64,000 bases of DNA from Eledone cirrhosa (lineage: Eukaryota), in NCBI GenBank assembly GCA_964016885.1, contig OZ024740.1:13826001-13890000 (forward strand), given 5' to 3'. Below the pieces are notes generated by a model. It was not told the DNA's origin, ran no database searches, and worked only from the letters and a program-made list of their open reading frames with translations. Position 1 is the first letter of the stretch; each line of letters opens with the position of its first letter. The position numbers were made by a program, and so were the translations under genes. Shown here in pieces: positions 38,601 to 53,600 of the stretch.

Positions 38601-41600
38601 GCGTTTTAAAACTGTATCACTGGTATACAGCCAAAGATATTTTAAAACCGGGTTTCACTGGTATACAGCCAGAGTAAGGTGTTTTAAAACTGTATCACTG
38701 GTATACAGCCAAAGATATTTTAAAACTGTGTATTACAGGTATACAGCCGGAGTAAGTTGTTTTAAAACTGTGTATTACTGTTATACAGCTAAAGATGTTT
38801 TAAAACCGTGTATCACTGGTATACAACCGGAGTAAGGTGTTTTAAAACTGTGTATTACTGGTATACAGCCGGAGTAAGGTGTTTTAAAACCGTGTATTAC
38901 TGGTATACAGCCGGAGTAAGGTGTTTTAAAACCGTGTATCACTGGTATACAGCCAAATATGTTTTAAAAGCGTGTATCACTGGTATACAGCCGGAGTAAG
39001 GTGTTTTAAAACTGTGTATCACTGGTATACAGCCAGAGTACGGTGTTTTAGAACTGTGTATCAATGGTATACAGCCAGAGTAAGATGTTTTAAAACCGTG
39101 TATCACTGGTATACAGCCAGAGTACGGTGTTTTAGAACTGTGTATCACTGGTATACAGCCGGAGTAAGGTGTTTTAAAACCGTGTATCACTGGTATACAG
39201 CCAGAGTACGGTGTTTTAGAACTGTGTATAACTGGTATACAGCCAGAGTACGGTGTTTTAGAACTGTGTATCACTGGTATACAGCCGGAGTAAGGTGTTT
39301 TAAAACTGTGTATCACTGGTATACAGCCGGAGTAAGGTGTTTTAAAACTGTGTATTACTGGTATACAGCCGGAGTAAGGTGTTTTAAAAATGTGTATCAC
39401 TGGTATACAGCCTGAGTAAGGTGTTTTAAAACTGTGTATCACTGGTATACAGCCGGAGTAAGCTGTTTTAAAACTGTGTATCACTGGTATACAGCCGGAG
39501 TAAGGTGTTTTAAAACTGTGTATCACTGGTATACAGCCGGAGTAAGGTGTTTTAAAACTGTGTATTACAGGTATACAGCCAGAGTACAGTGTTTTAAAAC
39601 CGTGTATCACTGGTATACAGCCGGAGTAAGATGTTTTAAAACTGTGTATCACTGGTATACAGCCAGAGTACGGTGTTTTAAAACCGTGTATCACTGGTAT
39701 ACAGCCAGAGTACGGTGTTTTAAAACTGTGTATCACTGGTATACAGCCGGAGTAAGGTGTTTTAAAACTGTGTATTACAGGTATACAGCCGGAGTAAGGT
39801 GTTTTAAAACTGTGTATTACTGGTATACAGCCGGAGTAAGGTGTTTTAAAACTGTGTATTACTGGTATACAGCCGGAGTAAGGTGTTCTAAAACTGTGTA
39901 TTACTGGTATACAGCCGGAGTAAGGTGTTTTAAAACTGTGTATTACAGGTATACAGTCGGAGTAAGGTGTTTTAAAACTGTGTATTTCAGGTATACAGCC
40001 GGAGTAAGGTGTTTTAAAACTGTGTATTACTGGTATACAGCCGGAGTAAGGTGTTTTAAAACTGTGTATTGCAGGTATACAGCCGGAGTAAGGTGTTTTA
40101 AAACTGTGTATCACTGGTATACAGCCGGAGTTAGGTGTTTTAAAACTGTGCATTACAGGTATACAGCCGGAGTAAGGTGTTTTAAAACTGTGTATCACTG
40201 GTATACAGCCGGAGTTAGGTGTTTTAAAACTGTGCATTACAGGTATACAGCCGGAGTAAGGTGTTTTAAAACTGTGTATCACTGGTATACAGCCGGAGTA
40301 AGGTGTTTTAAAACTGTGTATTACTGGTATACAGCCGGAGTAAGGTGTTTTAAAACGGTGTATCACTGGTATACAGCCGGAGTAAGGTGTTTTAAAACTG
40401 TGTATCACTGGTATACAGCCAGAGTACGGTGTTTTAAAACTGTGTATCACTGGTATACAGCCGGAGTAAGGTGTTTTAAAACCGTGTATCACTGGTATAC
40501 AGCCGGAGTAAGGTGTTTTAAAACTGTGAATTACTGGTATACAGCCTGAGTAAGGTGTTTTAATACAGCCAGAGTAAGGCGTTTTAAATTGTATATTACT
40601 GGTATACAGCCGGAGTAAGGCGTTTTAAAACTGAATCACTGGTATACAGCCAAAGATATTTTAAAACCGGGTTTCACTGGTATACAGCCAGAGTCAGGTG
40701 TTTTAAAACTGTATCACTGGTATACAGCCAAAGATATTTTAAAACTGTGTATTACAGGTATACAGCCGGAGTAAGTTGTTTTAAAACTGTGTATTACTGT
40801 TATACAGCTAAAGATGTTTTAAAACCGTGTATCACTGGTACACAGCCGGATAAGGTGTTTTAAAACTGTGTATTACTGGTATACAGCTAAAGATGTTTTA
40901 AAACCGTGTATCACTGGTATACAACCGGAGTAAGGTGTTTTAAAACTGTGTATCACTGGTATACAGCCAGAGTACGGTGTTTTAAAACTGTGTATTACTG
41001 GTATACAGCCAGAGTACGGTGTTTTAAAACAGTGTATCACTGGTATACAGCCGGAGTAAGGTGTTTTAAAACTGTGTATTACTGGTATACATCCGGAGTA
41101 AGGTGTTTTAAAACCGTGTATTACTGGTATACAGCCGGAGTAAGGTGTTTTAAAACCGTGTATCACTGGTATACAGCCAAATATGTTTTAAAAGCGTGTA
41201 TCACTGGTATACAGCCGGAGTAAGGTGTTTTAAAACTGTGTATCACTGGTATACAGCCGGAGTAAGGTGTTTTAAAACTGTGTATTACTTGTATACAGCC
41301 AGAGTACGGTGTTTGTTTAAAAACAGTGTATCACTGGAATACAGCCGGAGTAAGGTGTTTTAAAACTGTGTATTACTGGTATACAGCCGGAGTAAGGTGT
41401 TTTAAAACGGTGTATCACTGGTATACAGCCGGAGTAAGGTGTTTTAAAACTGTGTATCACTGGTATAAGCCAGAGTACGGTGTTTTAAAACTGTGTATCA
41501 CTGGTATACAGCCGGAGTAAGGTGTTTTAAAACCGTGTATCACTGGTATACAGCCGGAGTAAGGTGTTTTAAAACTGTGAATTACTGGTATACAGCCTGA

Positions 41601-44600
41601 GTAAGGTGTTTTAAAACCGTGTATTACAGGTATACAGCCAGAGTAAGGCGTTTTAAATTGTATATTACTGGTATACAGCCGGAGTAAGGCGTTTTAAAAC
41701 TGTATCACTGGTATACAGCCAAAGATAATTTAAAACCGGGTTTCACTGGTATACAGCCAGAGTAAGGTGTTTTAAAACTGTATCACTGGTATACAGCCAA
41801 AGATATTTTAAAACTGTGTATTACAGGTATACAGCCGGAGTAAGTTGTTTTAAAACTGTGTATTACTGTTATACAGCTAAAGATGTTTTAAAACCGTGTA
41901 TCACTGGTATACAACCGGAGTAAGGTGTTTTAAAACTGTGTATTACTGGTATACAGCCGGAGTAAGGTGTTTTAAAACCGTGTATTACTGGTATACAGCC
42001 GGAGTAAGGTGTTTTAAAACCGTGTATCACTGGTATACAGCCAAATATGTTTTAAAAGCGTGTATCACTGGTATACAGCCGGAGTAAGGTGTTTTAAAAC
42101 TGTGTATCACTGGTATACAGCCAGAGTACGGTGTTTTAGAACTGTGTATCAATGGTATACAGCCAGAGTAAGATGTTTTAAAACCGTGTATCACTGGTAT
42201 ACAGCCAGAGTACGGTGTTTTAGAACTGTGTATCACTGGTATACAGCCGGAGTAAGGTGTTTTAAAACCGTGTATCACTGGTATACAGCCAGAGTACGGT
42301 GTTTTAGAACTGTGTATAACTGGTATACAGCCAGAGTACGGTGTTTTAGAACTGTGTATCACTGGTATACAGCCGGAGTAAGGTGTTTTAAAACTGTGTA
42401 TCACTGGTATACAGCCGGAGTAAGGTGTTTTAAAACTGTGTATTACTGGTATACAGCCGGAGTAAGGTGTTTTAAAAATGTGTATCACTGGTATACAGCC
42501 AGAGTAAGGTGTTTTAAAACTGTGTATCACTGGTATACAGCCGGAGTAAGGTGTTTTAAAACTGTGTATCACTGGTATACAGCCGGAGTAAGGTGTTTTA
42601 AAACTGTGTATCACTGGTATACAGCCGGAGTAAGGTGTTTTAAAACTGTGTATTACAGGTATACAGCCAGAGTACAGTGTTTTAAAACCGTGTATCACTG
42701 GTATACAGCCGGAGTAAGATGTTTTAAAACTGTGTATCACTGGTATACAGACAGAGTACGGTGTTTTAAAACCGTGTATCACTGGTATACAGCCAGAGTA
42801 CGGTGTTTTAAAACTGTGTATCACTGGTATACAGCCGGAGTAAGGTGTTTTAAAACTGTGTATTACAGGTATACAGCCGGAGTAAGGTGTTTTAAAACTG
42901 TGTATTACTGGTATACAGCCGGAGTAAGGTGTTTTAAAACTGTGTATTACTGGTATACAGCCGGAGTAAGGTGTTCTAAAACTGTGTATTACTGGTATAC
43001 AGCCGGAGTAAGGTGTTTTAAAACTGTGTATTACAGGTATACAGCCGGAGTAAGGTGTTTTAAAACTGTGTATTTCAGGTATACAGCCGGAGTAAGGTGT
43101 TTTAAAACTGTGTATTACTGGTATACAGCCGGAGTAAGGTGTTTTAAAACGGTGTATCACTGGTATACAGCCGGAGTAAGGTGTTTTAAAACTGTGTATC
43201 ACTGGTATACAGCCAGAGTACGGTGTTTTAAAACTGTGTATCACTGGTATACAGCCGGAGTAAGGTGTTTTAAAACCGTGTATCACTGGTATACAGCCGG
43301 AGTAAGGTGTTTTAAAACTGTGAATTACTGGTATACAGCCTGAGTAAGGTGTTTTAATACAGCCAGAGTAAGGCGTTTTAAATTGTATATTACTGGTATA
43401 CAGCCGGAGTAAGGCGTTTTAAAACTGAATCACTGGTATACAGCCAAAGATATTTTAAAACCGGGTTTCACTGGTATACAGCCAGAGTAACGTGTTTTAA
43501 AACTGTATCACTGGTATACAGCCAAAGATATTTTAAAACTGTGTATTACAGGTATACAGCCGGAGTAAGTTGTTTTAAAACTGTGTATTACTGTTATACA
43601 GCTAAAGATGTTTTAAAACCGTGTATCACTGGTACACAGCCGGATAAGGTGTTTTAAAACTGTGTATTACTGGTATACAGCTAAAGATGTTTTAAAACCG
43701 TGTATCACTGGTATACAACCGGAGTAAGGTGTTTTAAAACTGTGTATCACTGGTATACAGCCAGAGTACGGTGTTTTAAAACTGTGTATTACTGGTATAC
43801 AGCCAGAGTACGGTGTTTTAAAACAGTGTATCACTGGTATACAGCCGGAGTAAGGTGTTTTAAAACTGTGTATTACTGGTATACAGCCGGAGTAAGGTGT
43901 TTTAAAACCGTGTATTACTGGTATACAGCCGGAGTAAGGTGTTTTAAAACCGTGTATCACTGGTATACAGCCAAATATGTTTTAAAAGCGTGTATCACTG
44001 GTATACAGCCGGAGTAAGGTGTTTTAAAACTGTGTATCACTGGTATACAGCCAGAGTACGGTGTTTTAGAACTGTGTATCAATGGTATACAGCCAGAGTA
44101 AGATGTTTTAAAACCGTGTATCACTGGTATACAGCCAGAGTACGGTGTTTTAGAACTGTGTATCACTGGTATACAGCCGGAGTAAGGTGTTTTAAAACCG
44201 TGTATCACTGGTATACAGCCAGAGTACGGTGTTTTAGAACTGTGTATAACTGGTATACAGCCAGAGTACGGTGTTTTAGAACTGTGTATCACTGGTATAC
44301 AGCCGGAGTAAGGTGTTTTAAAACTGTGTATCACTGGTATACAGCCGGAGTAAGGTGTTTTAAAAATGTGTATCACTGGTATACAGCCAGAGTAAGGTGT
44401 TTTAAAACTGTGTATCACTGGTATACAGCCGGAGTAAGGTGTTTTAAAACTGTGTATCACTGGTATACAGCCGGAGTAAGGTGTTTTAAAACTGTGTATC
44501 ACTGGTATACAGCCGGAGTAAGGTGTTTTAAAACTGTGTATTACAGGTATACAGCCAGAGTACAGTGTTTTAAAACCGTGTATCACTGGTATACAGCCGG

Positions 44601-47600
44601 AGTAAGATGTTTTAAAACTGTGTATCACTGGTATACAGCCAGAGTACGGTGTTTAAAAACCGTGTATCACTGGTATACAGCCAGAGTACGGTGTTTTAAA
44701 ACTGTGTATCACTGGTATACAGCCGGAGTAAGGTGTTTTAAAACTGTGTATTACAGGTATACAGCCGGAGTAAGGTGTTTTAAAACTGTGTATTACTGGT
44801 ATACAGCCGGAGTAAGGTGTTCTAAAACTGTGTATTACTGGTATACAGCCGGAGTAAGGTGTTTTAAAACTGTGTATTACAGGTATACAGCCGGAGTAAG
44901 GTGTTTTAAAACTGTGTATTTCAGGTATACAGCCGGAGTAAGGTGTTTTAAAACTGTGTATTACTGGTATACAGCCGGAGTAAGGTGTTTTAAAACTGTG
45001 TATTGCAGGTATACAGCCGGAGTAAGGTGTTTTAAAACTGTGTATCACTGGTATACAGCCGGAGTTAGGTGTTTTAAAACTGTGCATTACAGGTATACAG
45101 CCGGAGTAAGGTGTTTTAAAACTGTGTATCACTGGTATACAGCCGGAGTTAGGTGTTTTAAAACTGTGCATTACAGGTATACAGCCGGAGTAAGGTGTTT
45201 TAAAACTGTGTATCACTGGTATACAGCCGGAGTAAGGTGTTTTAAAACTGTGTATTACTGGTATACAGCCGGAGTAATGTGTTTTAAAACGGTGTATCAC
45301 TGGTATACAGCCGGAGTAAGGTGTTTTAAAACTGTGTATCACTGGTATACAGCCAGAGTACGGTGTTTTAAAACTGTGTATCACTGGTATACAGCCGGAG
45401 TAAGGTGTTTTAAAACCGTGTATCACTGGTATACAGCCGGAGTAAGGTGTTTTAAAACTGTGAATTACTGGTATACAGCCTGAGTAAGGTGTTTTAATAC
45501 AGCCAGAGTAAGGCGTTTTAAATTGTATATTACTGGTATACAGCCGGAGTAAGGCGTTTTAAAACTGAATCACTGGTATACAGCCAAAGATATTTTAAAA
45601 CCGGGTTTCACTGGTATACAGCCAGAGTAAGGTGTTTTAAAACTGTATCACTGGTATACAGCAAAAGATATTTTAAAACTGTGTATTACAGGTATACAGC
45701 CGGAGTAAGTTGTTTTAAAACTGTGTATTACTGTTATACAGCTAAAGATGTTTTAAAACCGTGTATCACTGGTACACAGCCGGATAAGGTGTTTTAAAAC
45801 TGTGTATTACTGGTATACAGCTAAAGATGTTTTAAAACCGTGTATCACTGGTATACAACCGGAGTAAGGTGTTTTAAAACTGTGTATCACTGGTATACAG
45901 CCAGAGTACGGTGTTTTAAAACTGTGTATTACTGGTATACAGCCAGAGTACGGTGTTTTAAAACAGTGTATCACTGGTATACAGCCGGAGTAAGGTGTTT
46001 TAAAACTGTGTATTACTGGTATACAGCCGGAGTAAGGTGTTTTAAAACCGTGTATTACTGGTATACAGCCGGAGTAAGGTGTTTTAAAACCGTGTATCAC
46101 TGGTATACAGCCAAATATGTTTTAAAAGCGTGTATCACTGGTATACAGCCGGAGTAAGGTGTTTTAAAACTGTGTATCACTGGTATACAGCCAGAGCACG
46201 GTGTTTTAAAACTGTGTATTACTTGTATACAGCCAGAGTACGGTGTTTTAAAACAGTGTATCACTGGAATACAGCCGGAGTAAGGTGTTTTAAAACTGTG
46301 TATTACTGGTATACAGCCGGAGTAAGGTGTTTTAAAACCGTGAATTACTGGTATACAGCCGGAGTAAGGTGTTTTAAAACCGTGTATCACTGGTATACAG
46401 CCAGAGTAAGGTGTTTTAAAACCGTGTATCACAGGTATACAGCCGGAGTAATGTGTTTTAAAACCGTGTATCGCTGGTATACAGCCGGAGTAAAATGTTT
46501 TAAAACTGTGTATCACTTGTATACAGCCGGAAAAAGTAGTTTTAAAACTGTGTATTACTGGTATACAGGCGGAGTAAGGTGTTTTAAAACTGTGTATCAC
46601 TGGTATACAGCCGGAGTAAGGTGTTTTAAAACTGTGTATCACTGGTATACAGCCGGAGTAAGGTGTTTTAAAACTGTGTATTACTGGTATACAGCCGGAG
46701 TAAAATGTTTTAAAACTGTGTATCACTTGTATACAGCCGGAAAAAGTAGTTTTAAAACTGTGTATTACTGGTATACAGGCGGAGTAAGGTGTTTTAAAAC
46801 TGTGTATCACTGGTATACAGCCGGAGTAAGGTGTTTTAAAACTGTGTATCACTGGTATACAGCCGGAGTAAGGTGTTTTAAAACTGTGTATTACTGGTAT
46901 ACAGCCGGAGTAAGGTCTTTTAAAACTGTGTTTCACTGGTATACAGCCGGAGTAAGGTGTTTTAAAACTGTGTATTACCAGTATACAGCCAGAGTAAGGT
47001 GTTTTAAAACTGTGTATTACATGTATACAGACGGAGTAAGGTGTTTTAAAACCGTGTATCACTGGTATACAGCCGGAGTAAGGTGTTTTAAAACTGTGTA
47101 TTACAGGTATACAGCCGGAGTAAGGTGTTTTAAAACTGTGTATTACTGGTATACAGCCGGAGTAAGGTGTTTTAAAACTGTATATTACTGGTATACAGCC
47201 AGAGTACGGTGTTTTAAAACTGTGTATTACAGGTATACAGCCGGAGTAAGGTGTTTTAAAACTGTGTATCACTGGTATACAGCCGGAGTAAGGTGTTTTA
47301 AAACTGTGTATTACTGGTATACAGCCGGAGTAAGGTGTTTTAAAACTGTGTATTACTGGTATACAGCCGGAGTAAGGTGTTTTAAAACTGTGTATCACTG
47401 GTATACAGCCGGAGTAAGGTGTTTTAAAACTGTGAATTACAGGTATACAGCCGGAGTAAGGTGTTTTAAAACTGTGTATTACAGGTATACAGCCGGAGTA
47501 AGGTGTTTTAAAACTGTGTATTACAGGTATACAGCCGGAGTAAGGTGTTTTAAAACTGTGTATCACTGGTATACAGCCAGAGTACGGTGTTTTAAAACTG

Positions 47601-50600
47601 TGTATTACAGGTATACAGCCGGAGTAAGGTGTTTTAAAACTGTGTATTACACGTATACAGCCGGAGTAAAATGTTTTAAAACTGTGTATCACTGGTATAC
47701 AGCCGGAGTAAGGTGTTTTAAAACTGTGTATTACTGGTATACAGGCGGAGTAAGGTGTTTTAAAACTGTGTATCACTGGTATACAGCCGGAGTAAGGTGT
47801 TTTAAAACTGTGTATCACTGGTATACAGCCGGAGTAAGGTGTTTTAAAACTGTGTTTCACTGGTATACAGCCGGAGTAAGGTGTTTTAAAACTGTGTATT
47901 ACAGGTATACAGCCGGAGTAAGGTGTTTTAAAACTGTGTATTACATGTATACAGACGGAGTAAGGTGTTTGAAAACCGTGTATCACTGGTATACAGCCGG
48001 AGTTAGGTGTTTTAAAACTGTGTATTACTGGTATACAGCCGGAGTAAGGTGTTTTAAAACTGTGTATTGCAGGTATACAGCCGGAGTAAGGTGTTTTAAA
48101 ACTGTGTATTACTGGTATACAGCCGGAGTAAGGTGTTTTAAAACTGTATATTACTGGTATACAGCCAGAGTACGGTGTTTTAAAACTGTGTATTACAGGT
48201 ATACAGCCGGAGTAAGGTGTTTTAAAACTGTGTATTACACGTATACAGCCGGAGTAAAATGTTTTAAAATTGTGTATCATTGGTATACAGCCGGAGTAAG
48301 GTGTTTTAAAACTGTCTATTACTGGTATACAGCCGGAGTAAGGTGTTTTAAAACTGTGTATTACACGTATACAGCCGGAGTAAAATGTTTTAAAACTGTG
48401 TATCACTGGTATACAGCCGGAGTAAGGTGTTTTAAAACTGTGTATTACTGGTATACAGCCGGAGTAAGGTGTTTTAAAACTGTGTATTACTGGTATACAG
48501 GCGGAGTAAGGTGTTTTAAAACCGTGTATCACTGGTATACAGCCGGAGTAAGATGTTTTAAAACCGTGTATCACTGGTATACAACCGGAGTAAGGTGTTT
48601 TAAAATTGTGTATCACTGGTATAAGCCGGAGTAAGGTGTTTTAAAACTGTGTATCACTGGTATACAGCCGGAGTAAGGTGTTTTAAAACTGTCTATTACA
48701 TGTATACAGCCGGAGTAAGGTGTTTTAAAACTGTGTATTACATGTATACAGACGGAGTAAGGTGTTTTAAAACCGTGTATCACTGGTATACAGCCTGAGT
48801 CAGGTGTTTTAAAACTGTGTATTACTGGTATACAGCCGGAGTAAGGTGTTTTAAAACTGTGTATTACAGGTATACAGCCGGAGTAAGGTGTTTTAAAACT
48901 GTGTATCACTGGTATACAGCCAGAGTACGGTGTTTTAAAACTGTGTATCACTGGTATACAGCCGGAGTAAGGTGTTTTAAAACTGTGTATTACAGGTATA
49001 CAGCCGGAGTAAGGTGTTTTAAAACTGTGTATCACTGGTATACAGCCGGAGTAAGGTGTTTTAAAACTGTGTATTACAGGTATACAGCCGGAGTAAGGTG
49101 TTTTAAAACTGTGTATTACGGTATACAGCCGGAGTAAGGTGTTTTAAAATTGTGTATTACTGGTATACAGCCGGAGTAAGGTGTTTTAAAACTGTGTATT
49201 ACAAGTATACAGCCGGAGTAAGGTGTTTTAAAACCGTGCATCACTGGTATACAGCCGGAGTAAGGTGTTTTAAAACTGTGTGTCACTGGTATACAGCCGG
49301 AGTAAGGTGTTTTAAAACTGTGAATTACAGGTATACAGCCGGAGTAAGGTGTTTTAAAACTGTGTATTACAGGTATACAGCCGGAGTAAGGTGTTTTAAA
49401 ACTGTGTATCACTGGTATACAGCCAGAGTACGGTGTTTTAAAACTGTGTATTACAGGTATACAGCCGGAGTAAGGTGTTTTAAAACTGTGTATTACATGT
49501 ATACAGACGGAGTAATGTGTTTTAAAACCGTGTATAACTGGTATACAGCCGGAGTAAGGTGTTTTAAAACTGTGTATTACTGGTATACAGCCGGAGTAAG
49601 GTGTTTTAAAACTGTGTATTACAGGTATACAGCCGGAGTAAGGTGTTTTAAAACTGTGTATTACTGGTATACAGCCGGAGTAAGGTGTTTTAAAACTGTA
49701 TATTACTGGTATACAGCCAGAGTACGGTGTTTTAAAACTGTGTATTACAGGTATACAGCCGGAGTAAGGTGTTTTAAAACTGTGTATTAAACGTATACAG
49801 CCGGAGTAAAATGTTTTAAAACTGTGTATCACTGGTATACAGCCGGAGTAAGGTGTTTTAAAACTGTGTATTACTGGTATACAGCCGGAGTAAGGTGTTT
49901 TAAAACTGTGTATTACTGGTATGCAGGCGGAGTAAGGTGCTTTAAAACTGTGTATCACTGGTATACAGCCGGAGTAAGGTGTTTTAAAACTGTGTATCAC
50001 TGGTATACAGCCGGAGTAAGGTGTTTTAAAACCGTGTATCACTGGTATACAGCCGGAGTAAGGTGTTTTAAAACTGTGTATTACTGGTATACAGCCGGAG
50101 AATGGTGTTTTAAAACTGTGTATCACTGGTATACAGCCGGAGTAAGGTGTTTTAAAACTGTGTATTACTGGTATACAGCCGGTGTAAGGTGTTTTAAAAA
50201 TGTGTATCACTGGTATACAGCCAGAGTAAGGTGTTTTAAAACTGTGTATTACAGGTATACAGCCGGAGTAAAGTGTTTTAAAACTGTGTATCACTGGTAT
50301 ACAGCCGGAGTAAGGTGTTTTAAAACCGTGTATCACTGGTATACAGCCGGGGTAAGGTGTTTTAAAACTGTGTATTACTGGTATACAGCCGGAGTACGGC
50401 GTTTTAAAACTGTGTATTACTGGTATACAGCCGGAGTAAGGTGTTTTAAAACTGTGTATTACTGGTATACAGCCGGAGTAAGGTGTTTTAAAACTGTGTA
50501 TTACTGGTATACAGCCGGAGTACGGTGTTTTAAAACTGTGTAACACTGGTACACAGCCGGAGTACGGTGTTTTAAAACTGTGTATTACTGGTATACAGCC

Positions 50601-53600
50601 GGAGTAAGGTGTTTTAAAACTGTGTATCACTGGTATACAGCCGGAGTAAGGTGTTTTAAAACTGTGTATCACTGGTATACAGCCGGAGTAAGGTGTTTTA
50701 AAACTGTGTATTACAGGTATACAGCCAGAGTACAGTGTTTTAAAACCGTGTATCACTGGTATACAACCGGAGTAAGATGTTTTAAAACTGTGTATCACTG
50801 GTATACAGCCAGAGTACGGTGTTTTAAAACCGTGTATCACTGGTATACAGCCAGAGTACGGTGTTTTAAAACTGTGTATCACTGGTATACAGCCGGAGTA
50901 AGGTGTTTTAAAACTGTGTATTACAGGTATACAGCCGGAGTAAGGTGTTTTAAAACTGTGTATTACTGGTATACAGCCGGAGTAAGGTGTTTTAAAACTG
51001 TGTATTACTGGTATACAGCCGGAGTAAGGTGTTCTAAAACTGTGTATTACTGGTATACAGCCGGAGTAAGGTGTTTTAAAACTGTGTATTACAGGTATAC
51101 AGCCGGAGTAAGGTGTTTTAAAACTGTGTATTTCAGGTATACAGCCGGAGTAAGGTGTTTTAAAACTGTGTATTACTGGTATACAGTCGGAGTAAGGTGT
51201 TTTAAAACTGTGTATTACAGGTATACAGCCGAAGTAAGGTGTTTTAAAACTGTATATCACTGGTATACAGCCGGAGTTAGGTGTTTTAAAACTGTGCATT
51301 ACAGGTATACAGCCGGAGTAAGGTGTTTTAAAACTGTGTATCACTGGTATACAGCCGGAGTAAGGTGTTTTAAAACTGTGTATTACTGGTATACAGCCGG
51401 AGTAAGGTGTTTTAAAACGGTGTATCACTGGTATACAGCCGGAGTAAGGTGTTTTAAAACTGTGTATCACTGGTATACAGCCAGAGTACGGTGTTTTAAA
51501 ACTGTGTATCACTGGTATACAGCCGGAGTAAGGTGTTTTAAAACCGTGTATCACTGGTATACAGCCGGAGTAAGGTGTTTTAAAACTGTGAATTACTGGT
51601 ATACAGCCTGAGTAAGGTGTTTTAAAACCGTGTATTACAGGTATACAGCCAGAGTAAGGCGTTTTAAATTGTATATTACTGGTATACAGCCGGAGTAAGG
51701 TGTTTTTAAACTGTATCACTGGTATACAGCCAAAGATATTTTAAAACTGTGTATTACAGGTATACAGCCGGAGTAAGTTGTTTTAAAACTGTGTATTACT
51801 GTTATACAGCTAAAGATGTTTTAAAACCGTGTATCACTGGTATACAACCGGAGTAAGGTGTTTTAAAACTGTGTATTACTGGTATACAGCCGGAGTAAGG
51901 TGTTTTAAAACCGTGTATTACTGGTATACAGCCGGAGTAAGGTGTTTTAAAACCGTGTATCACTGGTATACAGCCAAATATGTTTTAAAAGCGTGTATCA
52001 CTGGTATACAGCCGGAGTAAGGTGTTTTAAAACTGTGTATCACTGGTATACAGCCAGAGTACGGTGTTTTAGAACTGTGTATCAATGGTATACAGCCAGA
52101 GTAAGATGTTTTAAAACCGTGTATCACTGGTATACAGCCAGAGTACGGTGTTTTAGAACTGTGTATCACTGGTATACAGCCGGAGTAAGGTGTTTTAAAA
52201 CCGTGTATCACTGGTATACAGCCAGAGTACGGTGTTTTAGAACTGTGTATAACTGGTATACAGCCAGAGTACGGTGTTTTAGAACTGTGTATCACTGGTA
52301 TACAGCCGGAGTAAGGTGTTTTAAAACTGTGTATCACTGGTATACAGCCGGAGTAAGGTGTTTTAAAACTGTGTATTACTGGTATACAGCCGGAGTAAGG
52401 TGTTTTAAAAATGTGTATCACTGGTATACAGCCGGAGTAAGGTGTTTTAAAACTGTGTATCACTGGTATACAGCCAGAGTACGGTGTTTTAAAACTGTGT
52501 ATTACAGGTATACAGCCTGAGTAAGGTGTTTTAAAACTGTGTATTACACGTATACAGCCGGAGTAAAATGTTTTAAAACTGTGTATTACAGGTATACAGC
52601 CAGAGTACAGTGTTTTAAAACCGTGTATCAATGGTATACAGCCGGAGTAAGATGTTTTAAAACTGTGTATCACTGGTATACAGCCAGAGTACGGTGTTTT
52701 AAAACCGTGTATCACTGGTATACAGCCAGAGTACGGTCTTTTAAAACTGTGTATCACTGGTATACAGCCGGAGTAAGGTGTTTTAAAACTGTGTATTACA
52801 GGTATACAGCCGGAGTAAGGTGTTTTAAAACTGTGTATTACTGGTATACAGCCGGAGTAAGGTGTTTTAAAACTGTGTATTACTGGTATACAGCCGGAGT
52901 AAGGTGTTCTAAAACTGTGTATTACTGGTATACAGCCGGAGTAAGGTGTTTTAAAACTGTGTATTACAGGTATACAGCCGGAGTAAGGTGTTTTAAAACT
53001 GTGTATTTCAGGTATACAGCCGGAGTAAGGTGTTTTAAAACTGTGTATTACTGGTATACAGCCGGAGTAAGGTGTTTTAAAACTGTGTATTGCAGGTATA
53101 CAGCCGGAGTAAGGTGTTTTAAAACTGTGTATCACTGGTATACAGCCGGAGTTAGGTGTTTTAAAACTGTGCATTACAGGTATACAGCCGGAGTAAGGTG
53201 TTTTAAAACTGTGTATCACTGGTATACAGCCGGAGTTAGGTGTTTTAAAACTGTGCATTACAGGTATACAGCCGGAGTAAGGTGTTTTAAAACTGTGTAT
53301 CACTGGTATACAGCCGGAGTAAGGTGTTTTAAAACTGTGTATTACTGGTATACAGCCGGAGTAAGGTGTTTTAAAACGGTGTATCACTGGTATACAGCCG
53401 GAGTAAGGTGTTTTAAAACTGTGTATCACTGGTATACAGCCAGAGTACGGTGTTTTAAAACTGTGTATCACTGGTATACAGCCGGAGTAAGGTGTTTTAA
53501 AACCGTGTATCACTGGTATACAGCCGGAGTAAGGTGTTTTAAAACTGTGAATTACTGGTATACAGCCTGAGTAAGGTGTTTTAATACAGCCAGAGTAAGG